The notes under the pieces are model-generated. The model had not been told where the DNA came from and searched no databases. It saw nothing but the letters and a program-made list of their open reading frames with translations. Shown here piece by piece: positions 38,663 to 50,269 of a stretch of DNA of 64,000 nt. Position numbers and translations under genes: made by a program. How positions within the stretch are numbered: the first letter of the stretch is position 1; every line of letters begins with the position of its first letter. The DNA comes from Emiliania huxleyi CCMP1516. Lineage: Eukaryota. The stretch lies in NCBI RefSeq assembly GCF_000372725.1, contig NW_005201192.1, positions 496,001-560,000 of the forward strand, given 5' to 3'.

Positions 38663-39322
38663 AGAGCAGCGTGTGGTGGTGTCTATATGATGAGCTTCCA
38701 TTCGGCCACCGTCCACACAATTCCGTTCGAGATAGAGGCCGCATCTTGAGAAAGAGGAAAGTGTGCCGCTGCCGGCTGGGTTTAGATCTTTAGATACAGT
38801 ATATAGAGGCCGCATCTCGAAAAAAGTGTGCCGGACCTCGCTGCACGCTGGGGCGTGGGGGACCCGCGGAGGACCGCCGGACGCTCTGACGCGTGACGGC
38901 GTCCGCGCCCGAGAGACAGGGCGGGGTACGATCTCGGAATTGCGCATTACACGGCCGGCCCGGGGGCTTGGAGTGATCGTGCAAACAAAAACATGCGGCG
39001 ACCAGCACGCACAGCGGCTGAGGGGTGACGCACACCACAGGGCTCAGGGGGGCGGGACACCAGAGTTTGGAGAGATGAGAATGGCGAATGGCGGGTTTTA
39101 ATAATTGCAAGTCGTTAAAGCGGTACAAAGAAGAGTGCGAAAATGGCGGGCATGGCGCATATATCTTTCCGGCCATTTCCCTTTCGCTGTCAAAGTATAA
39201 GTAACGAGGGGCTTGGCGTGCCGTCCCTGCCGTGGCCCCTCTATATTCTCTCCGCCGCGCGCCCCCGCGGCTCGTCGCGACCGTCGTCCCGCCGGGACGA
39301 GCCCGAACTCAGCGCCTTGAGT

Positions 39323-41716
39323 CTACGTCCTCTGCTTCTTGGCCGACTTGCCGTCAAGCTTGAGGTCGGCGCTGAGCATCTTTGAGCAGATAGGGTGGTA
39401 GCCGTCGCGGTGCTGCATGAAGGTCCGGACGGCGACAGCGCTCTGCTCCTCCCACGCGAAGAGCTCGCGGTAGAGCGGCCGCACAAACTTCATCCGCCCG
39501 ACGGTCGCCACGAAGTCGACCACCTCCGGGACGATGAAGGCGGCCCGGTGGCAGAGGCAGACGCGCTGCCACCGGCAGCGCAGCTCGGCGTTGCGCGTCG
39601 CCGTCAGCTGGTAGAGCTCGTCCATCCGCTGCAGCGCGGCGAGGGGGAGGAGCGGCGCGCCGGCCTTGTGCGAGCGGGCGAGCAGCGACTCGAGGAAGTG
39701 CCTGCGGGTCGCGTCGCCGACGCGCGTCAGACGCGAGGGGCGTCGCGGCGGCGTGCTGTCCGGGATAGAGCCGAGAGAGGGCCGAGATCTGGCCGCGAGG
39801 GTCGGCGCGCGTCTTGAGCGGCGGCGGCAGCGCGGCGTACTCCTCGGCGGCGAACTGCCCCTCCGGGCAGGAGACCCACCGCTCGACGAGCTGCGTCGCC
39901 TTCGCGCCGAGCGTGTCGGGGTAGTCGTACACGCCCTAAGACACCAAGCCACGCTCTCGATCCCGGCCGACCCTCGATCCACACCTCGGCCGACCTCGTC
40001 GGGTCTCGGCTAGCTTCAGCCTGCATCGCGCGGTCGGGCATGCCTGGCTCGAGCAGCCACTTCTCCCACTCCACGCCGCTGCAGTCAACCCCCTCCTTGC
40101 CGCACCACTCGCAGAAGAAGGCGCGGAAGTCGGCCGACGTGAGCGTACGGCGCGCGTACGCGGCAATGTACGCCTTCGCGAAGGTCTCGAACTTTGCGTG
40201 CCCGCCGGCGACAGAGGTGAGGTGGTTGAGGAGGGCGAGACCTGTTCACGGCTGGGCGGTGTGAGAGAGACGCGGCCCGCGCGGGGGTGGCGAGGCGGAG
40301 GAGGGCGGCACTGCCCTTCTCGTACGGCACGGCGGAGAAGGCGTCGTCGGGGTCGATCCCGTCGAGGGGAGGCACGAGCGCCTACAGAGAGGGGTCGGGC
40401 GAGACGTCGGGCAAGACGTCGGGGAAGGGCCGATCCGGTCAAGGGGCGGGCCGGAGGGCCGTGAGGGGCGAGGTTGCGCCGAACTGACTCACCGCCTCCT
40501 CGAGGTGGGTGAGACTCTCCTACGGGCAGCCGGAGGGGCGGGTCCACGAGGCCGTCGGCTCGGCTCGCCCTCGAGGGTGGCCTCTCCTGCATCTGGAAGT
40601 TGTACAGCTCCTCTCCTCTCCTCTCCTCTCCTCTCCTCTCCTCTCCTGCATCTGGAAGTTGTACAACTCCTCTCCGTGTGGCGAGAGGCGGGTCAGGACC
40701 CGGTTCTCGAGCCAGCGGGTCCAGCCCTCGTTGAGCCAAAAGTGCTCCCAGGTGTGGTTGGTGACGAGGTTGCCGGTCCAGCCGTGCGCAACCTCGTGGC
40801 AGATGACGTTTGCGAGCGAGCGGTCTCCGGCGAGCAGGGTGGGTGTCGCGAAGGTGAGGCACGGGTTCTCCATCCCTCCGTACGGGAACGAGGGAGGCAT
40901 GCACAGGATGTCATAGCGCGACCAATCGTACGCGTGGCCAGTCAGATCCTCCGCGGTTGCGATGAAGCGCTCCGTCTCGCCAAACTCCCACGCCACCGCC
41001 TCCACCATGCACGGCTCGGCCCACACAGTCGTGCGCGGCCCCACCCGCTTCGAGCCGAGCTCGCCGACGGCGACCGCGACCAGGTACGAAGGGACGGGCC
41101 GGTCCTGCTGGAAGGCGAAGCGGCGCGTCGAGCCGTCGCCGGCAGGGACCTCCTGCGGGCCGCCCTGCGGCTCGGCGCTCATAAGCGCCGTCGCCCAGGC
41201 GGGGACGGTCACCTCTGCATCGTACGTGAACTTGCACGTCGGCGCGTCGGCGCACGGGAAGAGGGCCCGCGCGTGGATGGCCTGACACTGGCTGAACATG
41301 TACGGCCGCTGCTTTCCTGCTGTCTGAGCGGGCGGCAGCCACTGCAGCGCCGACGACTGCGGCGAGGTCGAGTAGGTGAGGGAGACGGTCAGCTCGTTGC
41401 CGGGCTCGCGCTCCGCCTCGGGCACCGGCACGGCCAGCGGCGTGCCGAGGCACTCGTGCGGCGCGAGGCTGCGGCACTCCACGGTGTGGCCATTCACGGT
41501 CGCCGCCGTGACCGCGAGGCCGGCCGTGGTGTCGAGGACGAGCGCCTCGGCCGCCTCTGCAACGATGACTGTCCACGTGGCGGTGCCCGCGATCTCCTTG
41601 GTCGCAAAATCGACGCTGAGCGAGAGAGAGAGGTGCTTGAAGGAGAAGGCGGTCACGGACGCGAGCGTCGACTTGTCGGTCGTGCACCCGATGCGTGCCT
41701 CGGCGTCATGCGACAT
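39323..41716 (-). CDS. LTA4H: M1 zinc aminopeptidase, leukotriene A4 hydrolase type (multi-exon)
   Basis: FSQCQAIHAR, PSFPYGGMENP, HEVAH..(18)..E, DPDDAFSAVPYEKG, GRMKFVRPLY motifs. Confidence 0.93.
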
Positions 41717-42204
41717 GTACACGACTCAGCGCCAGATTATTCTCTCGTCGGCAAGCTCGGCGGAAGCAGGGGAGCGGCGATATCTGCTGTCTTGCCGCTG
41801 CTCGGTGTTCTCGGTGGATATCCTTTGGCCGCCGCGTTGGGTAGCGAGGTGTGAACAAGTTCCTCGCAAGACCGAGGGTTCACCTTCCAAGCTAAATGGA
41901 TTCGCGGAAGAAATCCGAATCGCATCAATACTCAAAAAGTAAAAAGAAATTTTCGCAGAGAAGCTCTGTGTAGTTGACCGGGCAAAAAAAAGAAAGAAAG
42001 AAAACGGACAACGCAAGGGCAACCCCATTCCTCCCTTGCGCTCTTGTTTCTTTCTTTCTTTCTGTGGGCACCGCGGCGGCACCCTTCCGCCACACCTCTG
42101 TGGCACTCCCCCCTCTCTTGTCGCTTTCTTAAGCGCCTGAGCTCCTCCCGAGGCTGAGCTTTCCCTCGCCCTGCGCGCTTTCTCTTTTTTGACCGGGCAA
42201 CGCC

Positions 42205-44463
42205 ATGAGCGCCGCAGGCCCTCAAAATAGCATCGTGCTCTGGGTCGCTGTGCTGCTCGCGGCCTGGTGCACCTTTGCTATGGGCGGCGTTGTGTTTGGC
42301 GTCAGCGCCTTGTTTCCCGCGCTCTATGCGCAGAACTACAAGAGCTCGGCTTGCTCGGCCCGGTGCTCCGCCAGTGCGGCGACCAGCGCTGCCGCAGTCG
42401 GGAGCTGGCCGGCGACGACCAAGCGGCGGCTGGCTGAGGCTGGCGAGTTCCTCAGCGGCAGCAGAGGCACGCTGCTGGAGGTGGCTGCTTCGGCCGTCCT
42501 CCGCGGGCGCTCGCTGCACGAGGGCTCGTTCTTCGACAGGCTCTCGGGCAAGGCGGAGCACAGTAAAGCGGAGCACAGTCCCGGCGAGAGCAAGCCCGAG
42601 TCGCGGAACAGGCACGACGCGCCGCACCGGCGCGAGCTCCCTCCCCCGCAGCCGCACGCGCACTCGTGCTCCGACCCCTGCCCGCTCGGCGTCGAGACAA
42701 AGTGCTGCGACCACCAGTTCGTGGCGTTCAGCCTCGCCGCCTCGCTCGCCTTCTTCCTCGTCGACGCCGCCGCGGCGCCGTGGGGAGAGCTCGCCGACCG
42801 GCGCGGAGGCAAGCTCACCCTCGCGTGGGCATCGCTGCTCAGCATCGCCGGCTTTGCCGCCCTCGCGGGCGGGGCGTACCTGCTCGACGACGCGATTGTG
42901 ACCGCCGGGCTGCTCGCGCTGGGCTGCGCCGGGCCCGGCGTCTTCAACGGTGCGGCCCTCCTCCCTCCCCCGCCCCAGCCGCCCGCCGAGCGGCCTCGCC
43001 CTTCCGTCGGCAGGCGCCTTCTACGGCACGCTCGAGCTGATCGGCACCGGCGAGCCGAAGATCCGTGCGGCGCTCACCTCGCTCAACGCGGCCGCCTTCG
43101 ACGGCTCCGCCCTCGTCTTCATGCTGCTCCGCGTCGCGGCGAGGGCGGCGCGTGTCGGGCTCGCCGCACCGTGCCTCGCTTGGGCCGCGCTGTGCGCGCC
43201 GCTGTGTGTGGCTCTGTGGCGGCTGCTGCCGGCGCACGGCCCGCCGCTCCGGCAGAGGTCGAGGACACGTCCGCGACACGTCCGGGGATGAGCCGCAGGC
43301 GCACGGCTCGCTGCTCGCTCAGCCGGCGGCCGCCGCGTCGGAGCAGGTCGGGATGCTGCAGGTGGCGGAACAGAGAGGCGAGGCCGTCCTCCTGCAGCCG
43401 TTGCCTGGACCCTTGCGTTTGCCTGCAGGCGGCGGTAGAGGGGGAGAGCAAGAGCGAGGTGGGGGAGGATGCGGGTGACGAGTCGGAGACCAAGAGCGAC
43501 GTCGCTTTGCCGCTCAGCGCGCGGTGGAAGCGGGAGGAGGAGGCGGCGCGCTTGCGCAAGCTGGCCGTCGAGGTTGGCCTGTACGGAGGTGCGTAGAGAG
43601 GCCGTAGCAGGCTGCCTCAAAGGAAGTGGTTGCCGTCGAGGTGAGCGGCGGCGAGGTCGGGATGGGCGCGGTGCTGCTCTCGGCGAGCAATTGCTTGCTG
43701 GTGCTCTACATGGCGCCGCGCCGCCTCGCCTCCCGCCGCCACTTGGGCGACGGCTCACCGACGTGTCTCTGGACTCGTGTCGGTAGGCGGTGTACCACCT
43801 GGTCTCCAACTTTTACCTGGAGACGCAGATCGACCAGCTCGAGGAGCTCTTCGGCGAGCCGCACGCCGAGCCGGCTCTCCCCTCCAGGACGCGTCCCTGA
43901 CCCTTCTCGGAGCTTTCCCCGCAGGAGCGGGGCACGCCGAGTGGCTCTCCTCCGCCTTCAACTTCGCCTTCCCGCTCGGAGGCCTGCTCGCTTCGGTGCC
44001 TGTCGCCAGCCTGCTCGAGCGCGCGGGCGAGGCCGAGTACTTTGGCATTGCGACGCTTCTCGCAAACACCTTCTCGCTCTGCTCCCTCTCCTCCTCGCGG
44101 CAGCCGCAGCTCGCCGCCGCGCTGCTCTTCGGGCCGGTGCGCTGCCTCACCTGGGCGTGCTACTTCCAGTTCCTCTCCACCGAGTCGCGCTACCCGCCCG
44201 GCCTCTCCGCGCGCGCGATGGGCTACAACAACGTCGTCATCGCCATCGTGGGCGCCGCCGGCCCGTACACGCTCGCCTACCTCGTCAACGAGCGGGCGCT
44301 GCTCGGCGGCGCCTCGATGGGTATGGGCAAGGGGCGGGGCGACAGCCGCTACCTGCAGGCCAAGCTCTTCCTCCAGCTCTGCAACACGCTCATTGCCATC
44401 TTCCCGTGCCTGCTGTGGCGCGAGCGGCGCCGGAAGCAGGCGGGGGCTGCACACTCGGGCTGA
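42205..44463 (+). CDS. MFS transporter, SLC43/FMP42-like (multi-exon)
   Basis: GVVFGVSAL first TM, large loop, GELADRRGGK MFS loop motif, AAFDGSA, many hydrophobic segments. Confidence 0.72.
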
Positions 44464-44654
44464 GAGAGAGAGAGCGTGTGTGAGTTTTGCGACGATACTC
44501 TCTCACGTCTCACTCTTGTCGGGCCGTATACGTGTCGTGTTCGGAGTTCGCATTATTTTCGGCTCCTTATCGCGTTTTAGAGATCACCTTGATGCATGTG
44601 TCGTATATATGATATTTTGCGCGTGATATATATGGGAAATACGCGCATTACAAT

Positions 44655-45342
44655 TGCGACGGTGTATATCATTCACTTTATATGCCACCGTTGCATATCC
44701 GGATATGCACAAAACGGTGGCACATAGTTTTGCGACGGTGTTATCATTCACTTTATGCCACCGTTGCATATCCGGATATGCAATGCGACGGTGTATCATT
44801 CAGTTTATGCCCCCCCGGCGTACCCGTGGATTCCGCATCGAATCGATATCTATGACGCATAGGCTTTTGCCCAGCTGAGGGGGTCTGAGTTTGCCCAAAG
44901 GCACCTCCAAAATCGAAATCGCGTCCTCTGGCTCAGCGCTTGGCGTGCGTCGATTTGCACGTCATGGTCGGCACCCCCTCGTTCATGACCTACAGCGTCC
45001 CCGCGAGCAGGAGGCCCCCAGCTCGAAACCTGGGCGACCCTTATATTTGTTTGATCACCCCGGAGCGGGCTCAATTCTGCTCTAGGTGCTTCCTACGAAT
45101 TCTCACCCAATTATTTCAGCCAGGCGGCCCGTGCTCTGGTCGCTCTCGTCATGCGAGTGATTTCGAGCCTCCAGGATGCTCCGGCATCTTACTTGAAAAA
45201 ACCATCTAGAGATTNNNNNNNNNNNNNNNNNNNNNNNNNNNNNNNNNNNNNNNNNNNNNNNNNNNNNNNNNNNNNNNNNNNNNNNNNNNNNNNNNNNNNN
45301 NNNNNNNNNNNNNNGCATAAAGTGAATGATACACCGTCGCAA
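44655..45342. repeat. Repeat/TE relic with a thrice-repeated motif and an inverted copy across the gap
   Basis: TGCGACGGTG..ATCATTCA(C/G)TTTATGC at ~44655, 44731 and 44784, inverted at 45315-45342; 44900-45213 is an inverted homologue of 48105-48420. Confidence 0.7.
45215..45314. other. Assembly gap (100 N)
   Basis: Run of N. Confidence 1.
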
Positions 45343-45487
45343 CAATCTCTCCTTCAGAGACAGAGTTTGCTTTGCCTTTGGACTGGAGTCTATAACTGTA
45401 TAGGAGGAGACCAGACACACGGTGGTGACTGGTGTTTGATTGGAGTTTATGGTGCACACACAGTCCACACAACAGCGTCCCCCGGGG

Positions 45488-45620
<133 letters not shown>

Positions 45621-45626
45621 CACACA

Positions 45627-45670
<44 letters not shown>

Positions 45671-45671
45671 T

Positions 45672-47327
45672 GCGGGTGGGTAGGCCCTAAAACGGCGGGA
45701 GCGGGGTAGGGGTGCCGATGTAGGGGTGTGGAGGGGTCGGGAGCGAGGGCGGGAGTGTGGACCGTGACCTAAAGCCCTCCACCGATAGAGCAAGAGGTGT
45801 CAGGCGGCAGGGCCCAGAAGGGCACTCGGAGGGGTGGGGGCTTGGAGGGCTGGCCAAAAGCGAGGCGTAGGAGGGGTCCAGTGGGCTAGAGAGGGCTGGA
45901 GGGGTCGGAGGGGGCTGGAGGGGCCGGAGGGGTTGTGCGGATGGAGGGGTCTGGAGGACTCGGGGGGCTTGGAGGGCTCGGAGGGTGTTCCGGCAAGGCG
46001 GCAAGAGGGTCCCTAGCGCGAGGGGTGGGGCTTGGGAGGGGTGGAGAGCTCGGAGGGCTCGGAGGGCTCGGAGGGGTCGGAGGGGTCGGAGGGCTCGGAG
46101 GGGTCGGAGGGGTCGGAGGGGTCGGAGGGGTCGGAGGGGTCGGAGGGGTCGGAGGGGTCGGAGGGGTCGGAGGGGTCGGAGGGGTCGGAGGGGTCAGAGG
46201 GGTGTGGAGGGCTCGGAGGGCTCGGTTAAAGATACCCTGCAGGCATAAGCGCGTTTGGTATTTGAAATACCTGGGTTTCCGCTAACGGAAGCGACAGCCT
46301 CCCCAGACACACACTCATATGGAGCTCCTCGCTCGCCCGCCTGGCGGCGGCAGCGGCCATGGCGACGCTGACGGCGGCGGCACTCGTGGCGGTGACACTC
46401 GTGGCCGCGGCGGCGCCTGGGCAGCAGAGAGAGCTGTCGCTGCAGTGCTGGCGGCTGCTGGCGGCGGCGGCTGGCGGCGGCGGCTGGCGGCGACATTGCC
46501 GGCGGCGGCCATGCGGGGGCGGCGCTGCTGTGGCGGCGAGGCGGCGGCGTTGCAGCGCCCTGCCGCAGCAGGCCCGCCCGGATAGCACTGGCAGTCTGCC
46601 GGCGCGGCCGGCGCATTCGAATGTGCCCGCCGCGCCGGCAGACTGTTGGATGGCCACAGTCGCGAACGTGGGTGAAGTCGTGCGGCGCAGAGACCAGCTC
46701 ATTCGCCGTCGCCGGTCCCTCGATCACGGGCGCCGTCGCCGGTTGACCCGCGTCCATGGGCGGATTCAGCAGGCCTGCAGCCCTCCAGCCCTACACACCC
46801 CTCTAACCCTCTCGCGGCGGGCACTCTCGGAAGATCCGCGCCATTCTTTTTTTGCGACCCCTCCCGGAGGCCCTTCCGACCCCTCTCGAGCCCTCCCGCC
46901 ACGAAGATCCTCCCTTTATCCGACCGTCCCTCCGAGCCCACCCGGCGCCCGAGCCCTCTTGCCTATCACCCGAGCTCGGGGGGGCGGCGAGCCCTCCTGG
47001 ACCCCACCACCCCTCCCGCCTCGCCCAGCCCTCCTGATCCCTCTCCCTCCCGGAATCCCGGTGGACCGCTCCACCCTCCCAGCGCGCTAGCCCTATGGGA
47101 CCCTGTGGAGCCCTCCCGACGCCGATCCGACGGGGAGGACCCCTCAAGCCCTGTGGGCTGGCGAGCCCTCCGGTCGGAGGGGTGGAAGCGGGAGGGCTCG
47201 AGGACGGACCCCTCTCGCTCCAGGAGGGTGGAGGGGTGGAGGGTGGAGGGGTGGAGGGGTGGTTGAGCCCTCTAGCTCTATCGATATAGCCCTACCCCTC
47301 CCGCCGTTTTAGGGCCTACCCACCCGC
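45672..47327. mobile_element. Non-autonomous TIR/foldback element sitting in a (CA)n tract, with (GGAGGGGTC)n subterminal arrays
   Basis: GCGGGTGGGTAGGCCCTAAAACGGCGGGAG at the left end is the reverse complement of the right end; (CA)n on both flanks. Confidence 0.75.
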
Positions 47328-47520
47328 TATGACACACACACACACACACACACACATACCGTGTGTCAGAGTCGAGTGTGGTCGATTCGTCCCCCCACGG
47401 CCACGCGACAAACCACGTCTGTCTCCGTGTACCGTGATCAGACGTCAGGGGCGGCGACACCCCCATCTACAGATGATATGCGCATCTTGAGATAATATGC
47501 ATCTAAGATGCACCCTCTTG

Positions 47521-48070
47521 GAGCGGCCGCACATTGCTCGGTACCCCCCCTGCACATCTAAAGCCATCCCTGCTGCTAGGGGGGGGGGTCTGACCCCCCC
47601 AGCAGCAGAGCGCTGCTGCTGGGGGGGGGGTCCCGACCCCCCCAGCAGCAGAGCGCACGGACCCAGCTCTCCCGCCTCTTCGCCGCCGCCCCCCCTCCAC
47701 CCTCGGCTCGTGTTTGAGCGTACGCTCGAGGCGGTTGTGTTCACCGCGCCTTCGAGCCCGGTTGGCAGTAGGAGGGCCCGCCGGTGAGACCACTGATTTT
47801 GGTGTCGACCATAAATTCTCGCCACTGGAACACATGCTACTTACAGCTGCTGTCTGTACAGAGATGCCAGCACCCCACACAGGCAGAGCGCTCCTGCTGG
47901 GGGGGGGTCCGGACCCCCCCAGCAGCAGAGCGCTGCTGCTGGGGGGGGGGTCCCGACCCCCCCAGCAGCAGAGCAAGTAGCAGAGCGCTGCTGCTGGGGG
48001 CTGGCGGGGGGGGGGGTCGGCCATGGCTTTAGATGTGCAGGGGGGGGTACCGAGCAGTGTGCGGCCGCTC
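47521..48070. mobile_element. MITE nested in the larger element, ~47-bp TIRs and internal palindromes
   Basis: GAGCGGCCGCACATTGCTCGGTACC...AAAGCCAT versus ATGGCTTT...GGTACCGAGCAGTGTGCGGCCGCTC; TCTTGGA repeated at both junctions. Confidence 0.75.
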
Positions 48071-48578
48071 TTGGACTGCACACTGTCTTGCCTATGCTCG
48101 AGCATCTCTAGATGGTTTTTTCAACTAAGATGCCGGAGCATCCTGGATGCTCGAAATCACTCCCATGACGAGAACGACCAACGCACCGGCCGCCTGGCCG
48201 AAAAACGTGGGTTCGAATTCGTAGGAGGCACCTAGAGCAGAATTGAGCCCGCTCAGGTGTGAACAAAAAATATAAGGGTCGACCAGGTTTCGAACTGGGG
48301 GCCTCCCGCTCGCGGGGCGGCACTCGGCGAAGAAAGAGGGGGTGCTACCCGTGACGAAAAACGGACGCACACCAAGCGCTAAGCGTGAGGACGCGATTTC
48401 GAATTCGGAGGTGCATCTGAGCAAAATTGGGCCCGCTCAGGTGTGAAAAATTATAAGGGTCAAAGCTGCCGATTCGATCCGGAAGCCACTCGACCACCGA
48501 GCGGCCGACGGCCGAAGTAAGCAGAGTAGATGATGGTCTGGAGGTAGTGTCCACTCAGCGACCGATACCCGTAACACA

Positions 48579-49150
48579 CTACCGGGGGAATTAGACACAA
48601 CAGATACGCACAACCGACGCCCGAAGTGCCAAAGAAGGACGTCATTAGTACGAAACCTCAGAAGGCCATGGGCGCCGAGAGAACATTCCCCCGAGAGCAA
48701 AAAAGAAAAAGCACAAACAAACCTCCTTCCCAGGTTACCCCTGCCAAATGTCGCCGCTCTCGGGGCATGCTATCCTGTGTAAGCAGGGCAGGTGGGGGGG
48801 GGGGGGGGGCAGTCCCTCTGGTCTGATACTGGTGTGGTTCTGTCCCCAGCGTCGGAGGCAAGGGCGAAGCTAAGAATATTTAATTTTTTTGGAGATGAGG
48901 GGGTGCCGGCGGGCGACCTATGTAGCATACCGGGGGAATTAGACACATCAGATACGCACATACCGACGCCCGAAGTGCCAAGAAGGACGTCATTAGTACG
49001 AAACCTCAGAAGGCCATGGGCGCCGAGAGAACATTCCCCCGAGAGGACAAAAGAAAAGGCTTCGCACCCCCTCCTTGCGCAGTGACCCTCGCTAAGTGTC
49101 GCCGTTATCGGGGCACGCTATCCTGCGCAGGCAGGGCAAGGGGGGGCGGG
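48579..49150. repeat. Direct duplication of a ~210-bp unit (~48579-48790 and ~48928-49140)
   Basis: ACCGGGG(G)AATTAGACACA...AGAACATTCCCCCGAGAG present twice. Confidence 0.85.
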
Positions 49151-49728
49151 ACGCAGTCCCATCTCTCCTGTGTACGGGTGGGTTCTGTCTCCAGTCTCGG
49201 AGGGGGGCAAAAAGATAAGAATATCTATATTTTTTCCTGGATGCTCGAATCATCTGAAGATGCTGCGCATCCCAAGATGCTTGGCATTTAACGATTAAAA
49301 TGCAAGTTAAATTATAAAGACTTGAGCGGCGTGTGAGCCCTTGGATCAAAAGTTGGAATGGAGACTGTGAATCTATGCTAATTTCAGTTGCTATGCTAAG
49401 TCGTAAGTGAGATGTGACTAACTGCTCTACATTCTACATCCTCTGCACCCTCCCTCAGCTGCTCTGTCGTCTGTGGAATACTACTGATGGCGATGGAACT
49501 GGGAGCCAGTGAGTGATCGTGGGGCGTGGGGGGCACTTAGCCCTGGTGCTAATGCTGACGAGAGAGAGAATTCTTGATACGAAACCACGACGACACACAC
49601 CAGTCGACTCGCATCGGTTGCCTCCATGAACGGCGGAGCTATTCTCGCGCCCACACCACACCTGGCTCCAACGTGGACACGCCCATAGCTGGGGACACTA
49701 CTAGGTCACGCATGGCATCACAGAAGTT

Positions 49729-49768
<40 letters not shown>

Positions 49769-50269
49769 TAATGCTGACTTTACTACATGGACGGTTGCGG
49801 TTGCCTATATGTAGGACTGGTTTTTATTTCGGGTTCTGGGTTCGGCAAAAAAACTCCGACACTGTCCGATCGAAAATATTGGAAAAAATCCGACAACGCG
49901 CTCATGTTCCTGAGATGCATTGTGCGCATCCTCAGATGCCACATTCTATCCTGGGATGCATGGACTAACCCAAGATGAGGGTATCATCTCGGCTCTCGGC
50001 ACACTTGTGCGTCTGAAGACGACTGCAGTAGAGATGTCACGCGCTATCAAAAGACGCGGGGCACCATCTAAAGATGATTAAATCTTCTTGGAGAACCCAA
50101 TCATAGTGGAGACACCCGGTGTCCTTAGAGATGGAAAACGCATCCTAGATGGCGTTTGCGGTTTGGCATCTAGGATGCGCATATCATCTGTAGATGGGGG
50201 GGTCGCCGCCCCTGACGTTAGGCCAGCTGAACAAAATAATAAGGAAGGCCTACCGGTGACCCACGACGA

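Larger units (their letters stand above)
47446..50214. mobile_element. Non-autonomous DNA transposon, ~45-bp TIRs CAGGGGCGGCGAC..., flanked by ACGT
   Basis: Left CAGGGGCGGCGACACCCCCATCTACAGATGATATGCGCATC; right GATGCGCATATCATCTGTAGATGGGGGGGTCGCCGCCCCTG; ACGT on both sides; many GCATC/GATGC subterminal motifs; no transposase ORF seen. Confidence 0.85.

Noticed and set aside
46319..46790. Captured gene in the core of the foldback element
   Set aside because: Low-complexity GCG-rich sequence with no supportable protein.
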